A stretch of DNA of 49,425 nt from positions 1 through 49,425 of the forward strand of contig DATKOH010000121.1 in NCBI GenBank assembly GCA_035524735.1, read 5' to 3'. Position numbers and translations under genes: made by a program. This document shows positions 20,595-31,247 of the stretch, piece after piece. Below the pieces are notes generated by a model that was not told the DNA's origin, searched no databases, and was given only the letters and a program-made list of their open reading frames with translations. Every line of letters starts with the position of its first letter. Position 1 is the first letter of the stretch. Origin of the DNA: Gemmatimonadaceae bacterium (GTDB lineage Bacteria; Gemmatimonadota; Gemmatimonadetes; Gemmatimonadales; Gemmatimonadaceae).

Positions 20595-21290
20595 ATGAGC
20601 ACACCCGCGCCCCGCTCGCCCGCGATCCTCGTCGTCGAGGACGACGCCGACCTGCAGTCGGTGCTGCGGCGCATCCTCGAGACGGAGGGCTACAAGGTGC
20701 TCCGCGCCGAGGACGGCGAGAGCGGCATCGCGGCCGCGCTCGACTACCGCCCGGCGCTCGTCATCCTCGACGTGGGGCTGCCGCGGAAGGATGGCCGCGA
20801 GGTCGCGCGCGAGCTGCGCGCGAGCGGCTTCGACGCGCCGGTGCTGATGCTCACCGCGCGGAGCTCGGTGGGCGACAAGGTGACGGGACTCGACGCCGGC
20901 GCCGACGACTATCTGCCGAAGCCCTTCGAGCACGCGGAGCTCATCGCGCGCGTGCGCGCGCTCATGCGCCGCGGGCAGATGTCCGCCGCCGGCGCGAAGC
21001 TCCGCGTGCGCGACGTGGTGCTCGATCCGGTCACCCGGCGCGTGGAGCGCGGCGGGCGCGAGATCGCCCTCACGCAGAAGGAGTACCTGCTCCTCGAGTA
21101 CCTCATGCGCAACGCGGGGCAGACCGTCACGCGCGAGATGATCGGGAAGAACGTCTGGAAGCAGGAGCTCGACCCGCTCACCAACGTCGTGGACGTGTAC
21201 ATCAACTACCTCCGCAAGAAGCTCGACGAGAAGAAGTCCAGCCCCATCATCAAGACCGTGCGCGGCGCGGGGTACACGGTCAGCGAATAG
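20595..21290 (+). CDS. OmpR-family response regulator (orphan)
   Basis: In-frame ATG at 20595. The receiver domain has ILVVEDD ... LVILDVGLP ... MLTA ... DDYLPKPF. The winged-helix region has LTQKEYLLLEYLMRNAGQTVTRE...VDVYINYLRKKL...IKTVRGAGY. No adjacent histidine kinase is present. Confidence 0.95.
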   Translation: MSTPAPRSPAILVVEDDADLQSVLRRILETEGYKVLRAEDGESGIAAALDYRPALVILDVGLPRKDGREVARELRASGFDAPVLMLTARSSVGDKVTGLDAGADDYLPKPFEHAELIARVRALMRRGQMSAAGAKLRVRDVVLDPVTRRVERGGREIALTQKEYLLLEYLMRNAGQTVTREMIGKNVWKQELDPLTNVVDVYINYLRKKLDEKKSSPIIKTVRGAGYTVSE

Positions 21291-21417
21291 CGGGGCGCGG
21301 GGCGCGGGCGGAAGGGACCGGGGGCCGGGTGCGGGGGTATGACGCATCCGGCCTCGATCGTCTTGTTAATGGACGCGAGGCCTTAACGATCCGGCCGCCA
21401 TCCCATCCAATCCCGTA

Positions 21418-23484
<2,067 letters not shown>

Positions 23485-23494
23485 CGGAGGTGCC

Positions 23495-24724
23495 ATGCGA
23501 CGCCGTGTCTTCCTGAAGTCGGGCGCCCTCGCGCTCGTGACGATGGGGCTCTCGCCGAGCTTCCTGCGGCGCGCGGTGTACGCCGAGTCGCTCCCGCGGG
23601 GGAAGAAGGGGAAGGTGCTCGTGTGCCTCTTCCAGCGCGGGGCCGCGGATGGACTCAACATCCTCGTGCCGCACGGGGAACGGGAGTACTACGCGCTGCG
23701 GCCGAACATCGCGATCCCGCGGAACGCCGTGATCGACCTCGACGGCTTCTTCGGCCTGCATCCCTCGCTCGCGCCGCTGCGCCCGCTCTGGGAGCGCGGG
23801 ATGCTCGCGCCGGTGACCGCCGTGGGGAGCCCGAGCAACACGCGCTCGCACTTCGACGCGCAGGACTACATGGAGACGGGGACTCCCGACGTGAAGTCGA
23901 CGCCGGACGGATGGCTCAACCGCCTCCTCGCCGCGGAGGGGACGTGCGCGCAGTGCGCCGTGCATCCGTCCCCCTTCCGCGCCGTCGCCCTCTCGCCGCA
24001 GACGCCGCGCATCCTGGAGGGCCCCGCGCCGACGATCGCGATGTCGAGCCTCGCCGACTTCACGATCCGCGCCACCGGCGACGACGTGCAGCGCCTGGAG
24101 GCGCTCTACCGCACGGGGAACGCGGACCTCATCCACGGCACGGGCGCCGAGTCGTTCGACGCGGTGAAGATGCTCCGCGCGGCGGACCCGCAGCGCTACG
24201 CGCCGGCGAACGGCGCGGCGTATCCGCGCTCGCCGTTCGGGCAGAGTCTCCAGCAGATCGCGCAGCTCATCAAGGCCGGCGTGGGGCTCGAGATCGCGTT
24301 CGCGGACGTCGGCGGGTGGGACACGCACGTGAACCAGGGGGGCGCGTCGGGGCAGCTCGCCAACCGGCTCGCGGATTTCGCGCAGGCGATCGCGGCGCTC
24401 GCCGCCGACCTGGGCGACCGCATGGACGACGTCGTGATCGTGACGATGAGCGAGTTCGGCCGGATGGCGAAGCAGAACGGGAACGGCGGCACCGACCACG
24501 GCCACGCCGGCGCGCTCTTCGTGATCGGCGGGCGGGTGCGGGGAGGGAAGGTGCACGGACGTTTCCCGGGGCTCGCGCGCGAGCAGTTGTACGAGGGGCG
24601 CGACCTCGCGCTCACGACCGATTTCCGTTCGGTGTTCGCGGAGGTCGTGACCGCGCACATGGGCGCGGGCGACCTGAGCGCCGTCTTCCCCGGTTTCCAA
24701 CCGGGGGCGGTGGGAGTCGTCTGA
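23495..24724 (+). CDS. DUF1501 family protein (sulfatase/alkaline-phosphatase-like fold, Tat-type signal)
   Basis: In-frame ATG at 23495 follows GGAGG. The N-terminus is MRRRVFLKSGALALVTMGL. Motifs are LFQRGAADGLN, WDTH and SEFGR...NGNGGTDHGH. It lies 11 nt after the DUF1800 stop. Confidence 0.9.
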   Translation: MRRRVFLKSGALALVTMGLSPSFLRRAVYAESLPRGKKGKVLVCLFQRGAADGLNILVPHGEREYYALRPNIAIPRNAVIDLDGFFGLHPSLAPLRPLWERGMLAPVTAVGSPSNTRSHFDAQDYMETGTPDVKSTPDGWLNRLLAAEGTCAQCAVHPSPFRAVALSPQTPRILEGPAPTIAMSSLADFTIRATGDDVQRLEALYRTGNADLIHGTGAESFDAVKMLRAADPQRYAPANGAAYPRSPFGQSLQQIAQLIKAGVGLEIAFADVGGWDTHVNQGGASGQLANRLADFAQAIAALAADLGDRMDDVVIVTMSEFGRMAKQNGNGGTDHGHAGALFVIGGRVRGGKVHGRFPGLAREQLYEGRDLALTTDFRSVFAEVVTAHMGAGDLSAVFPGFQPGAVGVV

Positions 24725-24816
24725 GAGCGGGGGAGGGGTACGGGGAAAGGAGGCGGCCGCGATAGATTGTGGGAAGCGGGTGCCGGGGGAGTCCTACCAC
24801 CGAGGGGAGAGGGGAC

Positions 24817-25737
24817 GTGAGGGCCAGGGTCGTCGCGCTCATCGCATTGGTCGTGCCGCTCACGGCGGCATCGGACCGCAAGCCGAACGAGATGGGGCGC
24901 ATCCCCATCCTCGAGTACCACGTGCTCGGCGCCAAGGAAGCGCGCTTCACCGTCGACTGGACGCATTTCAAGCGCGATCTCGAGTTCCTCTACGAGCGCG
25001 GCTACCGTCCGGTGAGCGTGGCCGACGTGCTCGACAAGCGGATCGATCTTCCCGCGGGGATGTCGCCCGTGGTGTTCACCTTCGACGATGCGTCGCCGTC
25101 GCAGTTCCGCTATCTCGAGCGCAACGGCGAGCTCGTGATCGACTCCACCAGCGCGGTGGGGGTGTGGCTCGACTTCCAGCGGACGCATCCCGACTGGGGG
25201 AACCACGCCACCTTCTGCCTGCTGAGCGGGGCGAACGCCGGCCACAACTTCTTCGGCTACACCGGCGTGGACGGGCAGAAGACCGCGTGGCGCTTCAAGA
25301 AGGTGCGCTGGCTCGCCGAGCACGGCTTCGAGCTGTGCAATCACACGCTCTGGCACGCGCAGCTGAACAAGTACTCCGACGCGGTGGTGCAGGAGCAGAT
25401 CGCGCGCGGCCAGCTCGCGATCGATTCCGCGGTGCCGGGCTACAAGGTGCGCACCTTCGCGCTCCCGCTCGGCGCGTGGCCGAAGAATCGCCCGCTCGCG
25501 TGGAAGGGAGAGTGGACCGACAAGAAGACCGGGAAGACCGTGCGCTACGAGTACGAGGCGGTGCTCGAGGTGGCGGGCGGGCCGGCGCGCAGCCCGTACG
25601 ATCCCAAGTTCGACGGGCACTCGATCCCGCGCGTGGAGGTGTACGCGAACGAGCTCGAGAAGGAGATCGGCAAGCTCGACGCGAAGGGGGACCGCTACGT
25701 GTCGGCGGGACCGCAGGGGGCCGCGCCGGGGCACTGA
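24817..25737 (+). CDS. Polysaccharide deacetylase (NodB-homology) family protein
   Basis: Track ORF 24769..25737. I prefer the GTG at 24817 after the purine-rich gaggggagagggga stretch. The signal-like N-terminus is VRARVVALIALVVPLTAASD. Motifs are FTFDDA and NHTLWH. The ATG at 24769 is the alternative start. Confidence 0.8.
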   Translation: MRARVVALIALVVPLTAASDRKPNEMGRIPILEYHVLGAKEARFTVDWTHFKRDLEFLYERGYRPVSVADVLDKRIDLPAGMSPVVFTFDDASPSQFRYLERNGELVIDSTSAVGVWLDFQRTHPDWGNHATFCLLSGANAGHNFFGYTGVDGQKTAWRFKKVRWLAEHGFELCNHTLWHAQLNKYSDAVVQEQIARGQLAIDSAVPGYKVRTFALPLGAWPKNRPLAWKGEWTDKKTGKTVRYEYEAVLEVAGGPARSPYDPKFDGHSIPRVEVYANELEKEIGKLDAKGDRYVSAGPQGAAPGH

Positions 25738-25758
25738 CGCGTGCGCGGCGCGGGCGAA

Positions 25759-25793
25759 GCGAAGGGGCGCGGCCGATCGCCGCGCCCCTTCGC
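25759..25793 (+). terminator. Perfect 15-bp GC-rich hairpin after the deacetylase gene
   Basis: GCGAAGGGGCGCGGC-cgatc-GCCGCGCCCCTTCGC lies 21 nt after the stop. There is no U-tract. Confidence 0.5.
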
Positions 25794-25937
25794 GCATCCC
25801 CGTGGCGCGATCGCCAGCGCCGGCGTCCTGTCCCAATTCGTCCGGCCGGTGTCCTGAACCGGGCTTGTGATGGACGCCCTCCGCGCGCACCTTGGCGGCG
25901 AAGGCGTCGCACGCGCGGCGCTCGCATGGAGGAAGGC

Positions 25938-27182
25938 ATGTCCGATCCGGCCCCGACGCTCCCCCACCTGCCCTTCTTCGAGCGGCTCGCCGCGCTCGAG
26001 GAGAAGAGCCCGGCCTTCCGCGCCTTCAGCGCGGGGCTGGTCACGCTCCGCTTCGTGGATGCGTGGGTGGTGGAGGGACCGCGGGTGGCGGCGGCCGACT
26101 CGTGGAGCCTGCGCGCGGTGCGCGAGGCGATCGAGGCGATGGACGCCGGGCACGGCGCGCGCGCGCTGCTCCGCAGCGTGGTCGACGCGATCGATCCGCG
26201 GCACGCCGTGGCCCGGGTGGCGCTCGTGACGCCGCGCCTCATCGCGTACGCGCGCGCGCTCCAGCTCGACGGCGAGTGGGCGCTCGCGGCGGACGTGCAC
26301 CGCACCGTGATCGCGCATGCCGACCTCGAGAAGGATCCCGACTCCGTGATCACCGCCTTCCTGCAGCTCGGCGCGTGCATGCGCACCCTCGCCCGGTGGG
26401 ACGAGGCGATGGACGCGTACGACGGCGCGGGGCAGGCGGCCGCGGAGGCCGGCGACGTGATGAACATGCTGAAGGCGCGCGTGGGCGAGGCCAACGTGCT
26501 CATGGACCGCGGCAGCCTCCCCGAGGCGGAGCAGATCCTGGACGAGACGATCGCCGACGCCGAGCAGCTCGGGCTGCGCGACCTGCGCTCCGCGGCGCTG
26601 CACGACCGCGCCGCCGCGGCGCACCGGCGCGGCGACTACGAGGCCGCCGTCGCGATGCAGTACCTCGCCCTGCAGGATGCGCAGGAGGGGACCTCGCGCG
26701 ACCGCGTGCTCGCCGACCTCGCCGCGAGCTTCTTCGAGATCGGGCTCCGCTCGGCGGCCCGCGACGCGAACCTGGTGCTCGCCGCCACGGCGCAGGAGCA
26801 GTTCACGCGCTGGCAGGCGACGATCAACCTGATGGAGATCGCGGCGTCGGACCGCTACGAGCCGGTGTTCGAACAGTACCGCCGCGAGCTGGCGCCGGCC
26901 GCGCTGCCGCCCACGCTCTCGGCGTGGTACTACCTGTACATGGGGCAGGGCTATCGCGTGTTCGACCGCACCGAGCAGGCGAAGGCGGCGCTCGAGCGCG
27001 CCCTCGCCCTCGCCGAGGAGCACCGGATCAACCAGGTGGTCTTCCTCGCGGAGAACGCGTTGAGCGACCTGCGCGACGGCGCGCGCGTGCACGTCGTCAC
27101 CGCGGCCGCACCGACGCCGATGGTGGAGGCGGCGGCGCAGGGCGTCCGGCGGCTGCGCGAACTGGCGGGGATCAGGGAGTGA
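25938..27182 (+). CDS. TPR-like helical repeat protein (hypothetical)
   Basis: C-terminal part of track ORF 24780..27182. The ATG at 25938 is preceded by GGAGGAAGG; the ATG at 25926 is an alternative. The product is all-helical and Ala/Leu-rich with TPR-like pairs (WDEAMDAYDGAGQAAAEAGD, GDYEAAVAMQYLALQ, YYLYMGQGYRVFDRTEQAKAALERALAL). Confidence 0.75.
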   Translation: MSDPAPTLPHLPFFERLAALEEKSPAFRAFSAGLVTLRFVDAWVVEGPRVAAADSWSLRAVREAIEAMDAGHGARALLRSVVDAIDPRHAVARVALVTPRLIAYARALQLDGEWALAADVHRTVIAHADLEKDPDSVITAFLQLGACMRTLARWDEAMDAYDGAGQAAAEAGDVMNMLKARVGEANVLMDRGSLPEAEQILDETIADAEQLGLRDLRSAALHDRAAAAHRRGDYEAAVAMQYLALQDAQEGTSRDRVLADLAASFFEIGLRSAARDANLVLAATAQEQFTRWQATINLMEIAASDRYEPVFEQYRRELAPAALPPTLSAWYYLYMGQGYRVFDRTEQAKAALERALALAEEHRINQVVFLAENALSDLRDGARVHVVTAAAPTPMVEAAAQGVRRLRELAGIRE

Positions 27183-27189
27183 CGCGGGC

Positions 27190-27218
27190 GGCCGGCGGCG
27201 CGCGGTGCGCCGCCGGCC
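27190..27218. terminator. 12-bp GC hairpin between convergent genes
   Basis: GGCCGGCGGCGC-gcggt-GCGCCGCCGGCC lies between the TPR-like gene stop (27182) and the small lipoprotein stop (27228). Confidence 0.4.
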
Positions 27219-27227
27219 CCGCGGGAA

Positions 27228-27359
27228 CTAGCGGGCGGCGCAGGTCCCCGAGCCGCTCACGACGGCGCAGTCGGCCTTCGGCGCGGTGGGGACGGTGCAG
27301 GCCGTGATGACGTAGGAGGTGAGGGCGAGCGCGAGCAGGGTGAACAGGCGACGGGACAT
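27228..27359 (-). CDS. 43-aa Cys-rich micro-lipoprotein (putative)
   Basis: In-frame ATG at 27359 within track ORF 27228..27440. The product is MSRRLFTLLALALTSYVITAC-TVPTAPKADCAVVSGSGTCAAR, with a signal peptide and an ITAC lipobox. G/C at third positions is nearly uniform, as in real genes here. Confidence 0.55.
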   Translation of the reverse strand: MSRRLFTLLALALTSYVITACTVPTAPKADCAVVSGSGTCAAR

Positions 27360-27423
27360 GGGTACCTCGCGGCGGGGTTGGCGTTCTCGTGCCGGACCGG
27401 CCGCAACGTACGTGTGGCGCGCG

Positions 27424-28317
27424 ATGCCACGAACGCGCATTTTCGGTCAGCGATGTGCGCTTTTCGGACATTCTCGCGCCCAACCCGTGCAAGTCGCCGC
27501 CCAACTGCCCGCTCCCTCCTTCGCCTTCCTGCGCCGCGTGCTCGGAGATGAGAACACGCTCATCGACGCGGGCGGGTGGGAGCAGTTGATGGCGCTGGTG
27601 CGGAGCCGCCCGGTGGACGTGGTCGTGATCGACCCGCGCGCCGGAGGCGCCGCGGAGTTCGGACCGCTGTTCGAGCTGCTGGAGCGCTGGCCGTCGCTGC
27701 CCGTGGTGGTCTACACGGCGCTCGCGCCGGAGATGCTGCAGCGGACGGTGGAACTGGCGCGGCGCGGGGTGCGCACGGTGGTGCTTCGCGGCTTCGACGA
27801 TGAGCCGCGGCGCTTCCGGGAGCTCCTCGAGCGGCTCCCCGCCGACCGGATCGGCGCCCGCGCGTTCGAGTCGGTGGCGGATGTGCTGGAGGGCGCGGGG
27901 CCGATCGTGCGGAGGGCGTTCACGCGGTTGTTCGAGTCGCCGCACCTGGTGGAGGACGTCGAGTCGCTCGCGCAGAGCGCGGGGATGACGCGGCGGACGC
28001 TCGACCGGTGGCTCGAGAAGCGGGGCCTCGCCTCGGCGAGGCGGCTGATCTTCAGCGCACGGCTCGCGCAGGCCTGGCACTACCTGGGCGAGGAAGGGTT
28101 CCTGCTGGAGGACATCGCGCGGAAGGTGGGCTGCGGCTCATCGCGCGCGTTCGCGCGGCAGGTGCGGGCGGCGACGGGGATGGCCCCGTCGCGGCTGCGG
28201 GAAGCGATGGCCCACGAGGAGTTCATGGCGGCGCTCGCGAAGATGATGCGGCGCCGCGGAGGAATGGAGGATGATGAGGAAGTTCGATCGGCGCGCGAAG
28301 ATCCTGGTCCTGGATGA
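27424..28317 (+). CDS. AraC-family transcriptional regulator with N-terminal receiver-like domain
   Basis: In-frame ATG at 27424. The central part is receiver-like (VDVVVIDPR...LPVVVYTAL...VVLRGF). The C-terminal AraC HTH reads VESLAQSAGMTRRTLDRWLEK...LEDIARKVGCGSSRAFARQVRAATGMAPSRLRE. The start is uncertain. Confidence 0.8.
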   Translation: MPRTRIFGQRCALFGHSRAQPVQVAAQLPAPSFAFLRRVLGDENTLIDAGGWEQLMALVRSRPVDVVVIDPRAGGAAEFGPLFELLERWPSLPVVVYTALAPEMLQRTVELARRGVRTVVLRGFDDEPRRFRELLERLPADRIGARAFESVADVLEGAGPIVRRAFTRLFESPHLVEDVESLAQSAGMTRRTLDRWLEKRGLASARRLIFSARLAQAWHYLGEEGFLLEDIARKVGCGSSRAFARQVRAATGMAPSRLREAMAHEEFMAALAKMMRRRGGMEDDEEVRSAREDPGPG

Positions 28318-28672
28318 CGAACCCTCCATCTGCCGCGCGCTCAGCCTGGCCTTCGAGCGCGTCGGCGCCGACGTGCGCGCCGTGGTACGCGGCGAGGATG
28401 CGCTGGCCCTGCTGCGCACGGAGCACTTCGACTGCCTCGTGGTCGACCTCCGCGTCCCCGACGTGCGCGGCGACATCCTCTTCGAGCTCGCCGCCTCGCT
28501 CCAGCCGCACCTGCGCGCCGCCACCGTCTTCACCACGGGCGACGCGAGCGAATTCGCCCAGGACCTGATCGGCGCCTGCGGCTGCCCGCTCGTGGAGAAG
28601 CCGTTCGATCTCGAGGAACTCATCGGCGTCGTGCAGCGGATGCTCTCCGAAGGGGGACGGCGGCGGGCGTAA
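28271..28672 (+). CDS. Single-domain CheY-like response regulator
   Basis: 133-aa track ORF. GGAGGAATGGAGG lies upstream. Receiver motifs are ILVLDDE ... CLVVDLRVPDV ... FTTGD ... EKPF. It overlaps the AraC gene's end by 47 nt. Confidence 0.9.
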   Translation: MMRKFDRRAKILVLDDEPSICRALSLAFERVGADVRAVVRGEDALALLRTEHFDCLVVDLRVPDVRGDILFELAASLQPHLRAATVFTTGDASEFAQDLIGACGCPLVEKPFDLEELIGVVQRMLSEGGRRRA

Positions 28673-28677
28673 CCCAC

Positions 28678-28696
28678 GGGGCGGGGGCGGGGCGGG
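28678..28696 (+). other. Canonical G-quadruplex motif G4-C-G5-C-G4-C-G3
   Basis: The sequence is ggggcgggggcggggcggg, four G-runs with 1-nt loops. It lies 6 nt after the CheY stop codon and about 185 nt upstream of the kinase start. Confidence 0.6.
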
Positions 28697-28880
28697 CGAT
28701 CTGAGGCTGGACCTGGGAGGTCTCGTGCGCGCTCGCGGCGGGGCGGCTGGGGCGCTGCTGCTCCTGATGGTGTGCTCACCGTCAAGGGGCCGGCACACTC
28801 CCCCACCGCCGGCGCGCATACTGGACGCGCCTTTCGGTCCGCTCCTATAGTAGGGGCGTGAGCCGCCCCCGCAGCAGACC

Positions 28881-31247
28881 GTGACCGGGCTCCAGGACCG
28901 CCTCCAGTCCGCGCTCGGCGGGACGTATACCATCGAGCGCGAGCTCGGCGGCGGCGGGATGTCGCGCGTGTACCTCGCGCGCGAGACGGCGCTGGGGCGC
29001 GCGGTGGTGATCAAGGTCCTCCCGCCCGAGCTCGAGGGCGCGGTGAGCGTGGAGCGTTTCCGGCGCGAGATCTCGCTCGCCGCGCAGCTGCAGCATCCGA
29101 CCATCGTGCCGCTGCTCACCGCGGGCGAGGCGGACGGACTGCTCTACTACACGATGCCGTTCATCGAGGGCACGACGCTTCGCGTGGAGATGGAGCGATC
29201 GGGCCCGCTGCCGATCGCGCGCGTCGAGCGGATCCTGCGTGACGTCCTCGAAGCGCTGTCGTACGCGCACGCGCGCGGCATCGTGCACCGCGATGTGAAG
29301 CCGGAGAACATCCTGCTCGCGCCGCATCACGCCGTGGTGAGCGACTTCGGCGTGGCGAAGGCCATCGCGGTGGCGGGAGGCACCGACGCGCGCGGCCGGA
29401 CCACGGCCGGCATGGTGATCGGGAGTCCATCGTACATGGCGCCGGAGCAGGCCGCCGCCGATCCCGCCACCGATCACCGCGCCGACCTCTACGCCGTGGG
29501 GGTGGTGGGTTACGAGATGCTGGCCGGCACCGGCCCCTTCCCAGGGCGCACACCGAGCCAGATGCTCGCGGCGCACATGACGGAGATGCCGCCGTCCATC
29601 GCCGCGAAGCGCGCCGAGGTGCCCCCGGGAACGAGCGCGCTCATCATGCGGCTGCTCGAGAAGGACCCGGACCGGCGCCCCGCGTCCGCGGACGCTGCGC
29701 TGGAAGCGCTGGCACAAGAGGCATCCGGCGGCCGCCGCACCGCGCTCGGCAAGGCGGTCGGCCGGGGGATCGGCATCGCCGCGGCCGTTTCGATCGCGCT
29801 GTTCGGAGCGGCGCGCTGGAGGTCCTCACAGACCGCGGGCGCCGCCAGGCCCGCGCCGAGCATCGCCGTCCTGCCGTTCTCCGACGAGAGCGCATCGCAC
29901 GACCAGCAGTACTTCTCCGACGGGATGAGCGAACAGCTCATCGACGCGCTGAGCCGCGTTCCCGGGCTGCGGGTGATGGGCCGCGGTTCCTCGTTCGCGT
30001 TCCGCGGGCAGGACGTGGATGCGCGCGAGATCGGCCGCCGCCTGGGCGTCGGCGCCGTGCTCGAGGGATCCGTGCAACGCGCGGGCAACAGGCTGCGCGT
30101 CCGTGCGCGCTTGACCGACACCGGTACGGGGCTCGTCCAGTGGCAGGACACGTACGATCGCGACGTGAAGGACGTCTTCACACTGCAGGACGAGATCTCC
30201 GGCGTGATCGTGCTCAATCTCCGCGCGCGGCTCGGCACGCCGGCCGAAGCGACGGCACCGACGGCGGACATCCAGGCGTACCAGCTCTACCTGCAGGGCC
30301 GCTACTTCTGGAACAAGCGGAGCCCCGAGTCGCTCCAGCGTGCGGTCGAGTTCTTCCGCCGCGCGATCGCCCTCGATCCGCGCTACGCGCGCGCGTACGC
30401 CGGGCTGGCGGACGCCTACAACGTGATCGGCGGCCTGTACTACGAGCCGCCGCTCCAGGTGCTGCCCAAGGCGAAGGACGCCGCGCTGAAGGCGATCGCG
30501 CTCGATCCGAACCTGTCCGAGGCGCACGCCGCGCTCGGCTTCGTGCGCATGTTCCTCGACTGGGACTGGGACGGCGCGCGCAGCGAGCTCGAGCGGGCGG
30601 TCGCGCTCGATCCCAAGTACCCGACGGCGCGCCTGTACCACTCCTACTACCTGCAGATCGTCGGAGAGATGGAGCGCGGCGCGGAGGAGAATCGCCGCGC
30701 GCTCGAGCTGGATCCCTTCTCGAGCATCCTGAACCTTCGCTATGGCGATGCCCTCGAGACCGCGCGCCGCTACGATGAGGCGCTCGCGCAGTACCGGCAC
30801 ACCTTCGACCTGGACTCGACCTATCCCGCCCTCGGCTCCGAGATCCCGCGCACGATGGCGCTCATGGGCGACTATCGCGGGGCGCTGGCCGAATGGGCGC
30901 AGTGGGACGCTCCGGGCCAGCCCTATCTCGGCGGCGACCGGATCTACGTCCTCACGAAGGCCGGCCTCGTGGACAGTGCGCGCCGCATGCTCGCGCGGAG
31001 GCCACGCGGTCCGCGCGCGCACGCCGAGTTCTCCCTCACCCTCGCGCTCTTCGCGCTCGGCGAACGGGACAGCGCGTTCGCGGAGTTCACGCGCGTCGTC
31101 GACCAGCGCGGTTCGTTCGCGGTGGCGATCGCGGCGGATCCGTTCTTCGACGACCTCCGCACCGATCCCCGCTACTGGGTGCAGCTGCGCCGCATGGGGC
31201 TCGGCTTCCTCGAGCCCGCGGGCGGGCCGGCGCGCGCGCCCCGCTAG
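28881..31247 (+). CDS. Membrane Ser/Thr protein kinase with periplasmic TolB-N-like and TPR domains
   Basis: 788-aa track ORF with a GTG start. Hanks motifs are GGGGMSRVY, VIKVL, HRDVKPENILL, DFG and SPSYMAPE. A TM helix (GIGIAAAVSIALFGAA) precedes IAVLPFSDES... and C-terminal TPRs. Confidence 0.95.
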   Translation: MTGLQDRLQSALGGTYTIERELGGGGMSRVYLARETALGRAVVIKVLPPELEGAVSVERFRREISLAAQLQHPTIVPLLTAGEADGLLYYTMPFIEGTTLRVEMERSGPLPIARVERILRDVLEALSYAHARGIVHRDVKPENILLAPHHAVVSDFGVAKAIAVAGGTDARGRTTAGMVIGSPSYMAPEQAAADPATDHRADLYAVGVVGYEMLAGTGPFPGRTPSQMLAAHMTEMPPSIAAKRAEVPPGTSALIMRLLEKDPDRRPASADAALEALAQEASGGRRTALGKAVGRGIGIAAAVSIALFGAARWRSSQTAGAARPAPSIAVLPFSDESASHDQQYFSDGMSEQLIDALSRVPGLRVMGRGSSFAFRGQDVDAREIGRRLGVGAVLEGSVQRAGNRLRVRARLTDTGTGLVQWQDTYDRDVKDVFTLQDEISGVIVLNLRARLGTPAEATAPTADIQAYQLYLQGRYFWNKRSPESLQRAVEFFRRAIALDPRYARAYAGLADAYNVIGGLYYEPPLQVLPKAKDAALKAIALDPNLSEAHAALGFVRMFLDWDWDGARSELERAVALDPKYPTARLYHSYYLQIVGEMERGAEENRRALELDPFSSILNLRYGDALETARRYDEALAQYRHTFDLDSTYPALGSEIPRTMALMGDYRGALAEWAQWDAPGQPYLGGDRIYVLTKAGLVDSARRMLARRPRGPRAHAEFSLTLALFALGERDSAFAEFTRVVDQRGSFAVAIAADPFFDDLRTDPRYWVQLRRMGLGFLEPAGGPARAPR

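Noticed and set aside
31244-31247. Convergent gene pairs sharing a palindromic CTAG, so that both strands read TAG (also at 41272-41275)
   Set aside because: It is real and confirmed by track coordinates, but two occurrences are most simply explained by genome compaction. I see no associated structure or conserved context.
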